The translations under genes were made by a program, and so were the position numbers. Of a DNA stretch of 64,000 nucleotides, positions 19,775 to 29,449 are shown piece by piece. Where the stretch lies: the NCBI GenBank assembly GCA_037129835.1, contig JBAXUE010000002.1, positions 66,334 through 130,333 on the forward strand. Direction: 5' to 3'. Within the stretch, counting starts at the first letter, position 1, and each line of letters starts with the position of its first letter. The stretch is from a bacterium (GTDB taxonomy: Bacteria > Patescibacteriota > CPR2 > UBA1875 > CAIMLA01). The notes beneath the pieces were generated by a model. That model was not told where the DNA came from, did no database searches, and saw nothing but the letters and a program-made list of their open reading frames with translations.

Positions 19775-19860
19775 CTTTCGTCATCCTTGCGAACGCGAGG
19801 GTCTCTTTTGGCAACGTCATCCTGAGTCGAAACGAAGCTTGCCTGCGGTAAGCAGGGATC
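19775..19860. repeat. Tandem GC-rich hairpin repeats (two units), copy B
   Basis: gtcatccttgcgaacgcgagggtctc + gtcatcctgagtcgaaacgaagcttgcctgcggtaagcagggatcc. Confidence 0.75.
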
Positions 19861-20227
19861 CATGTCCACTCTCCTTATCGTTCGAATTCTAATGAGAACT
19901 ACAGATACAGGTTATATGTAGTTTTCATAGGATCTACGTAATCCAACCATCAGTTCGAAAAGAAAGAGAGTAAAGTAACGAAGTTATAATAAATAACTTC
20001 CGGTATCGGCTTGTTGTTATTTATTATATTTGAGCTACTGCAACGAATGATACTTTAAAGAATCTGTTAGGTTGGGCTTTTTGCACCACTTTTATTAAAA
20101 AAGTGGCATATATTATAATATAACGTTTAAAAGATATTCGCTAAAGTCGTAATTGCTCGACCTCGAAGATAGTCGAGTACACGGTACCAAGGCGATTTTT
20201 CATTGGGATTAACGCTTAAATATACCG

Positions 20228-20335
20228 CCCCTTTGTCATCCCTGGTCGCACTTGTCCTCCAGTAGCTTGTTAGCGAAGTAGGAACCCCAGTCTGCCCGAG
20301 CCGTACGCTCGTGTCGGCCAGGGGGATCTCTCTAG
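20228..20335. repeat. GC-rich hairpin repeat, long-loop variant (tgtcatccctggtcgc...cggccagggggatctc)
   Basis: Shares the termini of the family with a longer internal segment. Confidence 0.5.
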
Positions 20336-20619
20336 TTCCCTTTTATAAATTCCAAAAGTTTCCTTTTAGTTTCCTCTGGGTCATTCGTATATATAAAGAT
20401 ATACTGTCTCGTCGTATTCCCACGGACGACGCATTTAAACCCACTATCGATGTCGAGAAGCTTGATGTTGCGTATTCCCCTGCCGATAACCTTGATTTCA
20501 CCGAGAGAAATCTTACTCACTTCTGGATATTTGGATGCAGCATCGACAAAATCCTCCGCAGCATCGATGATGGTGGTGTGACTGCCGGCATATTTGCTGC
20601 CAGAGCGGTGCGGACTCAT
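20332..20619 (-). CDS. Hypothetical small protein
   Basis: ORF only, 95 aa; overlaps the next gene by 4 nt. Confidence 0.35.
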   Translation of the reverse strand: MSPHRSGSKYAGSHTTIIDAAEDFVDAASKYPEVSKISLGEIKVIGRGIRNIKLLDIDSGFKCVVRGNTTRQYIFIYTNDPEETKRKLLEFIKGN

Positions 20620-21254
20620 TTCTTATTCTCTCTGGCCTTCTCCCACCGTATTTCTAGCTCTTGTTTTACTTCAGTCTCGAAATCCAAAATTGATATGCCG
20701 TATACTTTATTAAAATCCTTTGCAAAGCCCTTTTCTGTCATATCTGGGCCCATATATTTGATCATTTCTAGTAGCTTATCTTTACCGTAGTCTCGGACTA
20801 ACTTGTTTACCATCAGGATTCCCCAGCGATATGTTTGCTGATCACAGCTAGAATAATGCTTTGCACAGACATTTTCGTCAGTTTCTACTGGGAGATATGT
20901 TTTCTGTCCCGCCATGTGTTCGGCTAGTCCCTCGACAAACCAAATAGGCTCCCCGTTGTATCTTCCGACGATATGATCAAAGTACCAGTGGCTCATCTCG
21001 TGGTGGACTACTTTCCAAAAATCCCCCTTTTTATGCGGGGTGATGTCTTCCAAAACACTTTCGTCGATAAAGGCCAGTCCCCTGCTATGCGTAGTCGCCC
21101 TGACCCAGTCCTCTGTTTTCCTACCTGTGAATTCGTCCATCTCAGCCCTAGTAAATAGAAACTTTATCGGCGGATCAGGGACTTTATCAGCATCGGTGAG
21201 CTCGAAGAACTCTCGACACAGTTTTTGTATTTCTTTTATCTTCTTTGTATTCAT
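20616..21254 (-). CDS. Peptidase_MA_2-like zinc metalloprotease-fold protein (HExxH)
   Basis: HHEMSHWY...WFVEGLAEHMAGQ: HExxH followed by W.x.EGxA, as in the 56359-56931 paralogue. Confidence 0.5.
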   Translation of the reverse strand: MNTKKIKEIQKLCREFFELTDADKVPDPPIKFLFTRAEMDEFTGRKTEDWVRATTHSRGLAFIDESVLEDITPHKKGDFWKVVHHEMSHWYFDHIVGRYNGEPIWFVEGLAEHMAGQKTYLPVETDENVCAKHYSSCDQQTYRWGILMVNKLVRDYGKDKLLEMIKYMGPDMTEKGFAKDFNKVYGISILDFETEVKQELEIRWEKARENKK

Positions 21255-21275
21255 AATTACTTTTCCTCTCCTGTG

Positions 21276-21310
21276 TCATCCCTGGCCACAAACCAGGGAT
21301 CTCCTGCTTA
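21276..21310. repeat. GC-rich hairpin repeat tgtcatccctggccacaaaccagggatctc
   Basis: Near-identical inverted copy at 34745-34775. Confidence 0.7.
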
Positions 21311-21369
21311 TTGTTCGAAGATCGGCAGTAGCCGAAGCGAGAACTAAAAAATAGCCTCTTGGTACTAGT

Positions 21370-22356
21370 TTATACCTCGCTAATTACGTCAAAGCCCTTG
21401 AAACTACCAGTTATGGCAAGGCCAATTATTTTGCCGTTTGTTAGGTGTTTTTCTCGCATTTTTCCAGCGATTTCATTAATAGTTGCGCCAGAACCGACGG
21501 CATCATCTATTATCAAGATATTTTTGTATTTACTGTTATCTTCTACCACGAATGTTTTTCTAGCATTTTCTATACGGTCCTCAAGTTTATTGAGAGTTTT
21601 CTGGGGTACTATCACTTGAGTTTTTATCTTTACGATACCTATCGTTCGAATGTGCAGATTTAGCTCTTTCTCCAGCTCTTTCATAAACTGAAGTTCACGT
21701 TTCACGGTAGGCTGAACAAAAGCCACCCCGTCTACATTCTTGTCATGTATCAGCTTCATAATCTGCGGTTTGATACTATCCACCAGATCATCGATGAGCT
21801 CCCTATTTTGGCTTTGTTTAGAATATAGTAGTAGTTGACCCAGGCGAGTTTTACCAAATCTTTCGATACTATAAAAATCGAGATAATATAGGTTGTCTAC
21901 ATTCACTTGTTCGAAACTAGTTCGAAGCTTGTCTATGCCAGATATCAAACCATTTTTTGTGTATTTCAGATACTTTTCGAGTGTTTTGATATACTCCACA
22001 GCTGTTTTTGTGATGTCTAGATGGTTTTTCTGAGTCCAGTATGCGAAACCCTCCCATCCAGTTTTCATTTCGCCAGCAGGCGTAATAATGAGGTAGTTTT
22101 TGTCTATAGTATTGATTATTTTTCTATCAACATTAAGACCGTCTAGGGTTTTGCCAGCCTCACCAGACTCACTTAGTGAATAATACACCTTGGGAGGCGT
22201 GCCACTCTTTACTAGGGCACCATTTTCTATCAGATTCTTGAGCTGTTTGTGAATAGCCTGTTCTGATATATCAAACTCAACAACCAATTCCTTGGGAGTT
22301 GCTTGTTTGTGTTCTGAGATGTATCTGATTATATTTTTTGAGGTATCTGTTTTCAT
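21370..22356 (-). CDS. Winged-HTH + type I phosphoribosyltransferase-domain fusion protein
   Basis: N-terminal wHTH (TPKELVVEFDISEQAIHKQLKNLIENG); C-terminal PRPP-binding motif ILIIDDAVGSGATI. Confidence 0.55.
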   Translation of the reverse strand: MKTDTSKNIIRYISEHKQATPKELVVEFDISEQAIHKQLKNLIENGALVKSGTPPKVYYSLSESGEAGKTLDGLNVDRKIINTIDKNYLIITPAGEMKTGWEGFAYWTQKNHLDITKTAVEYIKTLEKYLKYTKNGLISGIDKLRTSFEQVNVDNLYYLDFYSIERFGKTRLGQLLLYSKQSQNRELIDDLVDSIKPQIMKLIHDKNVDGVAFVQPTVKRELQFMKELEKELNLHIRTIGIVKIKTQVIVPQKTLNKLEDRIENARKTFVVEDNSKYKNILIIDDAVGSGATINEIAGKMREKHLTNGKIIGLAITGSFKGFDVISEV

Positions 22357-22431
22357 AGTAAGATTATATATGGTTTATGGTTTAGTGTCAACTATAAACT
22401 ATAAACTATTAATCAAATAATATTTCTGGTC

Positions 22432-22617
22432 TTATCGTATTACCCCTTCTCTTTTCTCGGCTTCTTCAAGGATTTCGTTGATTCCTCCATCAGATACGAG
22501 GAATTTGAAGGGCTGTATCAGCCTCTCGCCTTTTTTGGTGATGACTGTAGCAGTTTCATTCTTCATATTTACCTTTACTACTGTGACTTGGTTCTCAAAA
22601 TAATCAAATACTGTCAT
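22432..22617 (-). CDS. Hypothetical small protein (61 aa)
   Basis: ORF only; tightly packed between neighbouring genes. Confidence 0.3.
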   Translation of the reverse strand: MTVFDYFENQVTVVKVNMKNETATVITKKGERLIQPFKFLVSDGGINEILEEAEKREGVIR

Positions 22618-22625
22618 AATGCCCC

Positions 22626-24428
22626 TTACTTCTTATCGAGTATTTTTACATTTTTTTTAGCATAGTCAGCAGAGAGCATTTTGATCCCCGTATCTTTAAA
22701 AGAAACTCGAATTTCATCATCAGATATTCCCTCTACTTCGCCTATTCCGAAATCAGGATGACTGATAAGATCCCCAACTTCCAAGAAAGTTTCCGACTCT
22801 TCATCGATGTGTTCTACCACAGGTTCTTCGTCTGACCTATCTTCTACTCCTTTAGTATTTCCACTAAATATCGCTCGAAGTATTTTTTCTTCTGACGACT
22901 GAATAGCTTTTTCCTCTTCTACAGAAACAACTGTTTTTTCTACTTCTGTAACAGGTTTCTGGAAGTCATCTCCACCAGGAAGCTCTAGTGCCTTTATCTC
23001 AGGTAGGGCTATGTGACCACCAATATCACCATACATTCCTACAGTATTTGTGAGTACTCTGCTAAGCTGCTTTTCTCTCTCACACCATATCTTTTCGAAA
23101 GCGTTTCGCTCTTTGCGTATACCACTTTCCATAGCTCCAAAAGCCTCTACTATGGCCTCTACCCTTTGTTTAAACTCATTGCCCGTAAGGTATGTATATA
23201 GGTAGTCCATCTTGTCGTTCTTGTTGACTGCCAAGGCCTTCTCTCTATAGACATCCACCAGGCCTTTTCTCAGCACTGTAGCGAGTGCAATAGCATATTT
23301 TAACTCACATACCCAAATCTTTTCTATTTGTACGAATCCATGAGCATCTCCAGGCATAGCTGCTGTTACTATCACTCCGATATCTGCCTTTATAGCCCTC
23401 ATATCTTCTTTTAACTTATCTACCCAACCTGCACTCCAAGACTTGGTTTGCTTGGATTCCCAAGCTATTTTGCCACACAGAGCACCGGCTTTGTTTTGTA
23501 CTAGCTGTACCACATCAGCACCGTTTACACCCTTTGGTACTGGCGCGATAGCGTCAAAAGGAAAAGCGTCGGTTAGCACTTGTTCTAGCTCGAGCTCCTG
23601 AACTTCGCCTTGGGTTTGCATGGAGCCTTGCTCCAGCTTCCTAGCTAGATCGTCCTTTGCCCTGCTGACATTCGATAGCTTCATCTCTAGCTCAGCAATC
23701 TTTTTGTGCTGTTGCTCTTCGGCCTTTCTACCCGCTTCTTCTTGAATCTTCTGACGCTCCTCGTCTAGCTGTCTCATCTTCTCTAGCTCAAAGCTCTGCT
23801 TGTCTTCCTCTAGGGTAATCTTTTGCTTTCGAAGTTCCAGCTCTTTTTCCTGAGCTTTACGGAGCTTCTCGTCCTTTTCATTCATTTGCTCTTGGAAACT
23901 ACGTTTCTCTAGCTCCAGCTCTTTTTGAGTTTCGTCGGCTAGCTCTTTTTTGAGCTCTAGGCGATAGGCCTCAGTCTTCTCGGCGTATTTCTTCTCGACT
24001 TCGAGCTCTATCTTGATTTTTTCCTCTTCTAGCCTAGTCTTTTCTTTTCTGAGCTCTATTTCACTCTCTTGAGCTTTTTCGAGCTTTTCATTTTTTTCCA
24101 AAATTAACTGCTCAAAATTATGTTTTTCTAGCTCTAGCTCTTTTTTTGCCTCTATTGATAATTCTTTTTTGAGTTCTAGCCGATAATTTTCTATCTTTTC
24201 GGCATACTTTATCTCAGCCTCTAGTTCTATCTTGGTTTTCTCTTTTTCTATCTCAGATTCTCTGGTGGCCAGAAGCCTATTAGTCTGCTCTAGCTCATCT
24301 TTTAGCTTTTGCTGTTCACTACTTAGCTCTTTGCGAACCTTTAGTTCCATCTGCTCTTTTAGGATGTCGTCGATGTCTATATCCCAACCGCATTTTGGGC
24401 ACTTAATGTTTTGTTCTGAATCTGTCAT
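22626..24428 (-). CDS. DUF2130-family coiled-coil protein with N-terminal zinc ribbon and an internally duplicated coiled-coil block
   Basis: CPKCGWDIDID zinc ribbon; long E/K/L heptad region with a near-perfect roughly 45-aa duplication; conserved DUF2130 core QGEVQELELEQVLTDAF...GADVVQ...WESKQTKSWSAGWVDKLKEDM...YLTGNEFKQRVEAI. Confidence 0.55.
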   Translation of the reverse strand: MTDSEQNIKCPKCGWDIDIDDILKEQMELKVRKELSSEQQKLKDELEQTNRLLATRESEIEKEKTKIELEAEIKYAEKIENYRLELKKELSIEAKKELELEKHNFEQLILEKNEKLEKAQESEIELRKEKTRLEEEKIKIELEVEKKYAEKTEAYRLELKKELADETQKELELEKRSFQEQMNEKDEKLRKAQEKELELRKQKITLEEDKQSFELEKMRQLDEERQKIQEEAGRKAEEQQHKKIAELEMKLSNVSRAKDDLARKLEQGSMQTQGEVQELELEQVLTDAFPFDAIAPVPKGVNGADVVQLVQNKAGALCGKIAWESKQTKSWSAGWVDKLKEDMRAIKADIGVIVTAAMPGDAHGFVQIEKIWVCELKYAIALATVLRKGLVDVYREKALAVNKNDKMDYLYTYLTGNEFKQRVEAIVEAFGAMESGIRKERNAFEKIWCEREKQLSRVLTNTVGMYGDIGGHIALPEIKALELPGGDDFQKPVTEVEKTVVSVEEEKAIQSSEEKILRAIFSGNTKGVEDRSDEEPVVEHIDEESETFLEVGDLISHPDFGIGEVEGISDDEIRVSFKDTGIKMLSADYAKKNVKILDKK

Positions 24429-24514
24429 CTTATCTCCTTATTCTTTTTAGCATTTATTAATAGCTCCTGCATTATACACCCCAATAATGCCAAAAGTGCC
24501 CATTTACGAAAAAA

Positions 24515-24757
24515 TTAATCAAAAAGTATAAAAGGATTCATCTCCGCCGGTGTTTTCCAGCGTATTTTATACTTCTTCCTAAGTATTTCTTTTTTCTTAT
24601 GCCAAAAGGTATGGCAATATCCCAAATCACCTTCTTTGATTGGCGAATCTTTCAACGCATCCGTGACTTCATTATTGATTTTTGCGAAAATATCACGATA
24701 CCTCGGGTCTCGCTCTATTGGATCGTTAGCTATGTCGTCATCGTACATATTAATCAT
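24515..24757 (-). CDS. Hypothetical protein (80 aa)
   Basis: ORF only. Confidence 0.3.
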   Translation of the reverse strand: MINMYDDDIANDPIERDPRYRDIFAKINNEVTDALKDSPIKEGDLGYCHTFWHKKKEILRKKYKIRWKTPAEMNPFILFD

Positions 24758-24768
24758 CTTTGTTCTTC

Positions 24769-25110
24769 TTATTCCGGAGCTTGAATTGGCTTCGCTTCTC
24801 GTCTTTTCTTTATGTAGCTAACTAGGTTAATTATATCTACAACGAATGACCCAAGCAAAATCACTACGAAAAAGAATAGACCAAGTGCATAAGAGATGGC
24901 ATCACCCCAGGCCTGGTTTGGTAATGTGCGTATATAGGTTCCGAATAGAAAAAATCCGACGGCTACTACGACGCTAGTTATCTTTAGACCTATTGATAGA
25001 TCTCCGAGTTTTTTCCCGGTCTTGATATAGATAATGATCGAAGGTGCGACCATAGCCGCGATAGCAAGCAAGAGTATGAATAGCCCAGTAATTAGACCCA
25101 TAAGCACCAC
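24769..25110 (-). CDS. Small membrane protein (3 predicted TM)
   Basis: Hydrophobic segments; ORF only. Confidence 0.35.
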   Translation of the reverse strand: MVLMGLITGLFILLLAIAAMVAPSIIIYIKTGKKLGDLSIGLKITSVVVAVGFFLFGTYIRTLPNQAWGDAISYALGLFFFVVILLGSFVVDIINLVSYIKKRREAKPIQAPE

Positions 25111-25146
25111 CCTCCAGACGCGATACGTAACGATTTTGTTATGATA

Positions 25147-26121
25147 TTACTTTTGTACATGTTCCTCTCCTTTTGCATGAATTATATTTTCCATATTATC
25201 ATACAGATAAACAAAATATTTTTCTATTTCATTCATTTTATTTGGTAACATATTTTTTGTAAGAGCTGCCGATTCTGCAAAAAACTCTTCGAAATATTCT
25301 GCATATTCAAGAATAAAGTCGTCAGTGAACTCTCCCTTAATTATACATTCATCATAGAGTGGTTTGATCGCCTTTACTCTGGTCTTTAGATATGGGGTAA
25401 AGGGATTATCTATTAGATATCCCATCCCTGGTGGGTTGTAATACATATTGCCTTCGTCATCTTTGATAAAGAAGAACTGTCCGAATTCGGTATTTGCTAG
25501 TATTCCTCGTTCTAGTTGAGCGCCAGTCCCGTTTTCTGTAGCGTAAAGATTTTTAAAATAAAAATGTCCGATTTCATGTGCAAGTAGATATTCGAGTAGC
25601 GCCTCTTCTTTGTTATCTGCTTCTTTTACTACATCTGGCATCTCGTATGGATAGTCATAGGTATCAAATAGCTTTATATCGCCAAAGTGCTCGCTTTCTC
25701 TGTCGGAAATGGCATGTGCCCGTACCCTCAACCACTCATCACCCTCAGGTAGCTCGTTGTTTGCTTTGGCTTTTTCGTATTCTTCCCTGTTATAAAGCTT
25801 CTTTTCATTCTCTATTCCTGGGGTGTAGACATACATTATTACATTATCATAGATTATTTTTGATATACCGACTTTTTTAAAATCCTCTAATTCGTAATTT
25901 CTCGCGATGAACTCCAAGGCGCTCTCTCCTAGATTCTTGTTTTCTTCAAATCCTTCGAAACCGAGATATGCTCGAAAATCATCTAGCTTCTCCTTTGATA
26001 TTTCATCATGAGTTTCCGTATAGACACTACTAGTAGGCGCACTTTCTTTAAGTTTTGTTCTTTCCCACAGCTTACTAGCCTCACGCTCAGCAGGTCCTAT
26101 TGGTAATGGTATATGTTCCAC
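25147..26121 (-). CDS. Hypothetical protein with HExxH zincin-like motif
   Basis: LLAHEIGHFYF; acidic, no TM. Confidence 0.35.
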   Translation of the reverse strand: MEHIPLPIGPAEREASKLWERTKLKESAPTSSVYTETHDEISKEKLDDFRAYLGFEGFEENKNLGESALEFIARNYELEDFKKVGISKIIYDNVIMYVYTPGIENEKKLYNREEYEKAKANNELPEGDEWLRVRAHAISDRESEHFGDIKLFDTYDYPYEMPDVVKEADNKEEALLEYLLAHEIGHFYFKNLYATENGTGAQLERGILANTEFGQFFFIKDDEGNMYYNPPGMGYLIDNPFTPYLKTRVKAIKPLYDECIIKGEFTDDFILEYAEYFEEFFAESAALTKNMLPNKMNEIEKYFVYLYDNMENIIHAKGEEHVQK

Positions 26122-26140
26122 TATTATCCTTTCTTTGTAT

Positions 26141-26812
26141 TTATTTCTCTTTCGTCACCAAGAACGGAAAAACTCTGTTCATTTCATCGTTCCGAAGGAT
26201 AAATGCCGCCTCGAGGAAAGTATACAGTAAATCTTTTGTATTTTTCAGTACATCAGCACTACAAAAGACGACGAAATCAGCTTCGTTTATCTCTGAGGGC
26301 GATTGGATGTGGATCTTGTTTCTCAAGTTCTTGAGCTGTTTCAAATCATTTCGATAAAAGGCAAATGACAGCCCGAATGTCTGCTCCTGCGCAGACTTAT
26401 AGAGTAAGCTCTTAAAATCATGGATATCGTCATAGCTGGCACCTGTTTCTTTGTGCTGGATATACAGAATAGACTCTATTATTAGTGCCGATATCAGAAC
26501 AAATGTCTTCACATTCTGCCCATAGAGAGAGCTGGTGAGATATAGCTGCTTGGTGCATTCGTCTAGATAGTGAAGATATTGGAGATTATAGGCGATGTTA
26601 CTAAAAGCAGCATACTTTGGGTCATCATCAGAAAATTCGTAATCTATCAGCCGTGGGAATATAGTACTGCGATAGAAATCTATTGAGTTTGGCAGAAACT
26701 TGTTCGAACCCTCCTCTTTGGAACAAACCCGACACAAGATATTAGGCTTGTCTGGATTGTACAAGTCCTGCTTTACAAAGCCTGAATTGCTGTGTTGTTC
26801 TGTTTTAGTCAT
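26141..26812 (-). CDS. Hypothetical protein
   Basis: ORF only, 223 aa. Confidence 0.3.
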   Translation of the reverse strand: MTKTEQHSNSGFVKQDLYNPDKPNILCRVCSKEEGSNKFLPNSIDFYRSTIFPRLIDYEFSDDDPKYAAFSNIAYNLQYLHYLDECTKQLYLTSSLYGQNVKTFVLISALIIESILYIQHKETGASYDDIHDFKSLLYKSAQEQTFGLSFAFYRNDLKQLKNLRNKIHIQSPSEINEADFVVFCSADVLKNTKDLLYTFLEAAFILRNDEMNRVFPFLVTKEK

Positions 26813-26873
26813 TTTTCCCTTTTATAAAAGAATACATTGTTCTATCTTACTTTGTAAAAAATTATTAACTAAA

Positions 26874-28229
26874 CTAGTCTCTGCCACCCCTTTGTCTATT
26901 ACAATATCGGTGGACTAATCTGGCGTTTGATAGCTTGGTTTCTCCACCTCGCCAGTAAAACTCAATATGATCAACCTCAGAATCGTCTAAAACACGTATT
27001 TTTTGACCACATATTTTACAGGTTGAATCAGTGTCAAAAAGTTGCTTTTTCTCGTCGTGTGAATAGTTTCTTGTCTGTGACTTGGAATAATCTACGATTT
27101 TCCTCAAAGATTCTAGCCATTTCTCAAATCTGTATTGCACATTTTCTGGCTTATCTGTTGATGACTTCAAGGAATCTTCAAATTTCTTGACAGCTGTCAT
27201 TAAGTGTAAAAGTTCTTCGCGAATAGAATCAAGGTGAGGGATAATTTCGTTTTTTTGATACATCGTGAAACCCCACATTACGATGTCAAATAAGCCTTTG
27301 TTTATTTTTGTATTTTCCCACTTTCCGTTTGAGTCAGATTCTTCGCCTACAACAAACCTACGAAAAGCATTGTCACCAAATACTGAGCGAGTTAGGTCAA
27401 CAGATTTTTTAAAAACCTCACGAAGTTCTTTTGCTTTTTCTTCATTTAGATTTTGGTTATTATGCATTTCTTGATTTAGAAACTGTCTCATGGGTGCTTT
27501 GTATTTTAAGTATGAGTTATTATAAAAAGCGAAAAATCGTAATAAAAGCTCTCTATCAATCATTCTTATGGACATAGCTGGTGATTTTAATAATGTTTGA
27601 TATTCTTTATTTTCGGCAAGCTCGATTAGTAAGTCGTTATATTTTCCACGGTAAATACAGTTTCTGAGTTCCTGGTCGTTCAGCTTCACTGCGCCAGTAT
27701 TTAGTCTTTCGAAAACCTCAAATCTAACATTGATATCAGAATCCTTTTTGATTCTGATAAATGGTATAAGATAAGAATCAACTTTTCGCTGTGTTATTTT
27801 GTCTAGTTCCTTAAATGATTTCCTGTTTAGTCCTGTCAAAACCTTTAATCCCGAAAGGGCAAATTTTTCGTGCTTGTCTTGAAAGTACCCGTCCTTAAAA
27901 GAAAAGATAGAAATTAGTCTTTGTTGCCCGTCTATTACTGATTGGGTACCGTCATCTTCTTCGGCAGTGTATATTACTGGTATCGGGACTCCCAAGAGAA
28001 TAGATTCTATCAGTCTACTAGCTTTGCTTTTATCCCAGACATATCCTCTTTGAAAGTATGGTCTTACATCAAGTTCCCCTGCCTTGTAATCAGAATATAA
28101 GTCTTTTATGGCTCTACTGGGGTTGTCAAAGGTAATTCTTCTTTCATCCTCAGGTATATCAAAAACCAGTGGTTCGTTGTCATTATTGTCTTCTTCAAGA
28201 ATAACGTCATTATTATCTATTACCGTCAT
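26874..28229 (-). CDS. DUF262 (ParB/Srx-like NTPase) + C-terminal HNH nuclease protein, GmrSD/BrxU-like (copy 1)
   Basis: DGQQRLISIF (DUF262 DGQQR motif); C-terminal CKICGQK...DHIEFYWRGGETKLSNARLVHRYCN HNH. Confidence 0.7.
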   Translation of the reverse strand: MTVIDNNDVILEEDNNDNEPLVFDIPEDERRITFDNPSRAIKDLYSDYKAGELDVRPYFQRGYVWDKSKASRLIESILLGVPIPVIYTAEEDDGTQSVIDGQQRLISIFSFKDGYFQDKHEKFALSGLKVLTGLNRKSFKELDKITQRKVDSYLIPFIRIKKDSDINVRFEVFERLNTGAVKLNDQELRNCIYRGKYNDLLIELAENKEYQTLLKSPAMSIRMIDRELLLRFFAFYNNSYLKYKAPMRQFLNQEMHNNQNLNEEKAKELREVFKKSVDLTRSVFGDNAFRRFVVGEESDSNGKWENTKINKGLFDIVMWGFTMYQKNEIIPHLDSIREELLHLMTAVKKFEDSLKSSTDKPENVQYRFEKWLESLRKIVDYSKSQTRNYSHDEKKQLFDTDSTCKICGQKIRVLDDSEVDHIEFYWRGGETKLSNARLVHRYCNRQRGGRD

Positions 28230-28285
28230 AATTCTCCTTTACTTTGATCTATCGTTTTTGCTTATCAAGTTTTTTCATTGGTTCG

Positions 28286-29449
28286 CTATTTATTTCCCTT
28301 GGCACGGTTATGTGTTTTACAAAGCATCTCACAGTTATTGATATCTGTGGCGCCACCTTTACTCCATGCTGTAACATGGTCAGCATCCATTTCGGTAAGA
28401 CTCCAGATTTTTGTCTTGTTGGCGTCGTGACCGATTACGCAATTCGGACAATTTGAAATGCCTTTAGATTTAGCGGTCGTAGTTTGTGACGAATATACCG
28501 CTTTTTTAGTTGCCTCATCAAAAACACGAACTTCAAGTAGTTTCTTTTCATTAGACCCACCTAGAATATATTCAAATATTCCCTTTCGATTTTTTATGTA
28601 TGGGTCTCCATAAAGCTTTTGTACGGCCAATGACACTTTTGCAGGATCATAGGCTTTTGTATGAAATTTTTTATAAAGTCGACCCCAATCCAGGCCTCGC
28701 ATTTCACTTTCAACATCTATAAATACACCAGAAACCCATTCTATTACGCTTTTAAAATATGCTTTTAACTCAGTGATATTGTTATCAAAGCGGTGACGAC
28801 TCATATATTCGCCGTTATTACCACAACTAATCCAGTCTAAGGCTCTCTCTAGAAATTCCTGTCTGTTGGCACTGCCAGTTACATAAGCACTCCATTTTTG
28901 AATGTTGGCATTTTGACTATTACTGAATTCCTCTTTACCAAGTGTGACAAATGGACCAGAATAAACCGCATTTAATAGTTCTTGATTATTTAGCGGTACA
29001 CCGGCAATGTTTATGGTTTTGAACCACTCTTTTATTTCACTTTCTTCGCCCTCGCATTCGTATATAAGAAGCTCAGCGTTCATGATTTTAGCCTGCTTAT
29101 CTGAAGCAATTCCACTGAAGTATTGTTCCATGCCGTTTTCGTCTTTTATGGCAAATTTGTTATAAACGAATCGTCCGATACTAGTGATACGTTGTTGTCC
29201 GTCCAATACTTCTAAGTTGTCAGTGCTCACTTTGTTAAAATATATTAAGCCCAGCGGATAGTCTTTGAGTAATGAGTCAATGACCGCGACGTCTTTTTTA
29301 CCATCAGCATAGATGTAGTTACGTTGATACTCTGGCTGAATAGTGAGCTTGCCAGAGAGTCCGAACAAACCCTTGCCTTCATGCTGGTTATACACAAATC
29401 CTTCACATATATTTCTTACGGTTATGTTAGTTACTAAAGTAGTTTTCAT
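28286..29449 (-). CDS. DUF262 (ParB/Srx-like) + C-terminal HNH nuclease protein (copy 2, diverged paralogue)
   Basis: [14 protein letters not shown]; C-terminal CPNC...[29 protein letters not shown]. Confidence 0.7.
   Translation of the reverse strand: MKTTLVTNITVRNICEGFVYNQHEGKGLFGLSGKLTIQPEYQRNYIYADGKKDVAVIDSLLKDYPLGLIYFNKVSTDNLEVLDGQQRITSIGRFVYNKFAIKDENGMEQYFSGIASDKQAKIMNAELLIYECEGEESEIKEWFKTINIAGVPLNNQELLNAVYSGPFVTLGKEEFSNSQNANIQKWSAYVTGSANRQEFLERALDWISCGNNGEYMSRHRFDNNITELKAYFKSVIEWVSGVFIDVESEMRGLDWGRLYKKFHTKAYDPAKVSLAVQKLYGDPYIKNRKGIFEYILGGSNEKKLLEVRVFDEATKKAVYSSQTTTAKSKGISNCPNCVIGHDANKTKIWSLTEMDADHVTAWSKGGATDINNCEMLCKTHNRAKGNK

Noticed and set aside
20081-20119. Promoter call at ttgcac ... 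tataat and hairpin ccactttt-att-aaaagtgg
   Set aside because: Spacing between the only good -10 (20114-20119) and any -35-like hexamer is poor. The hairpin lacks a following U-run on either strand. Left unannotated.
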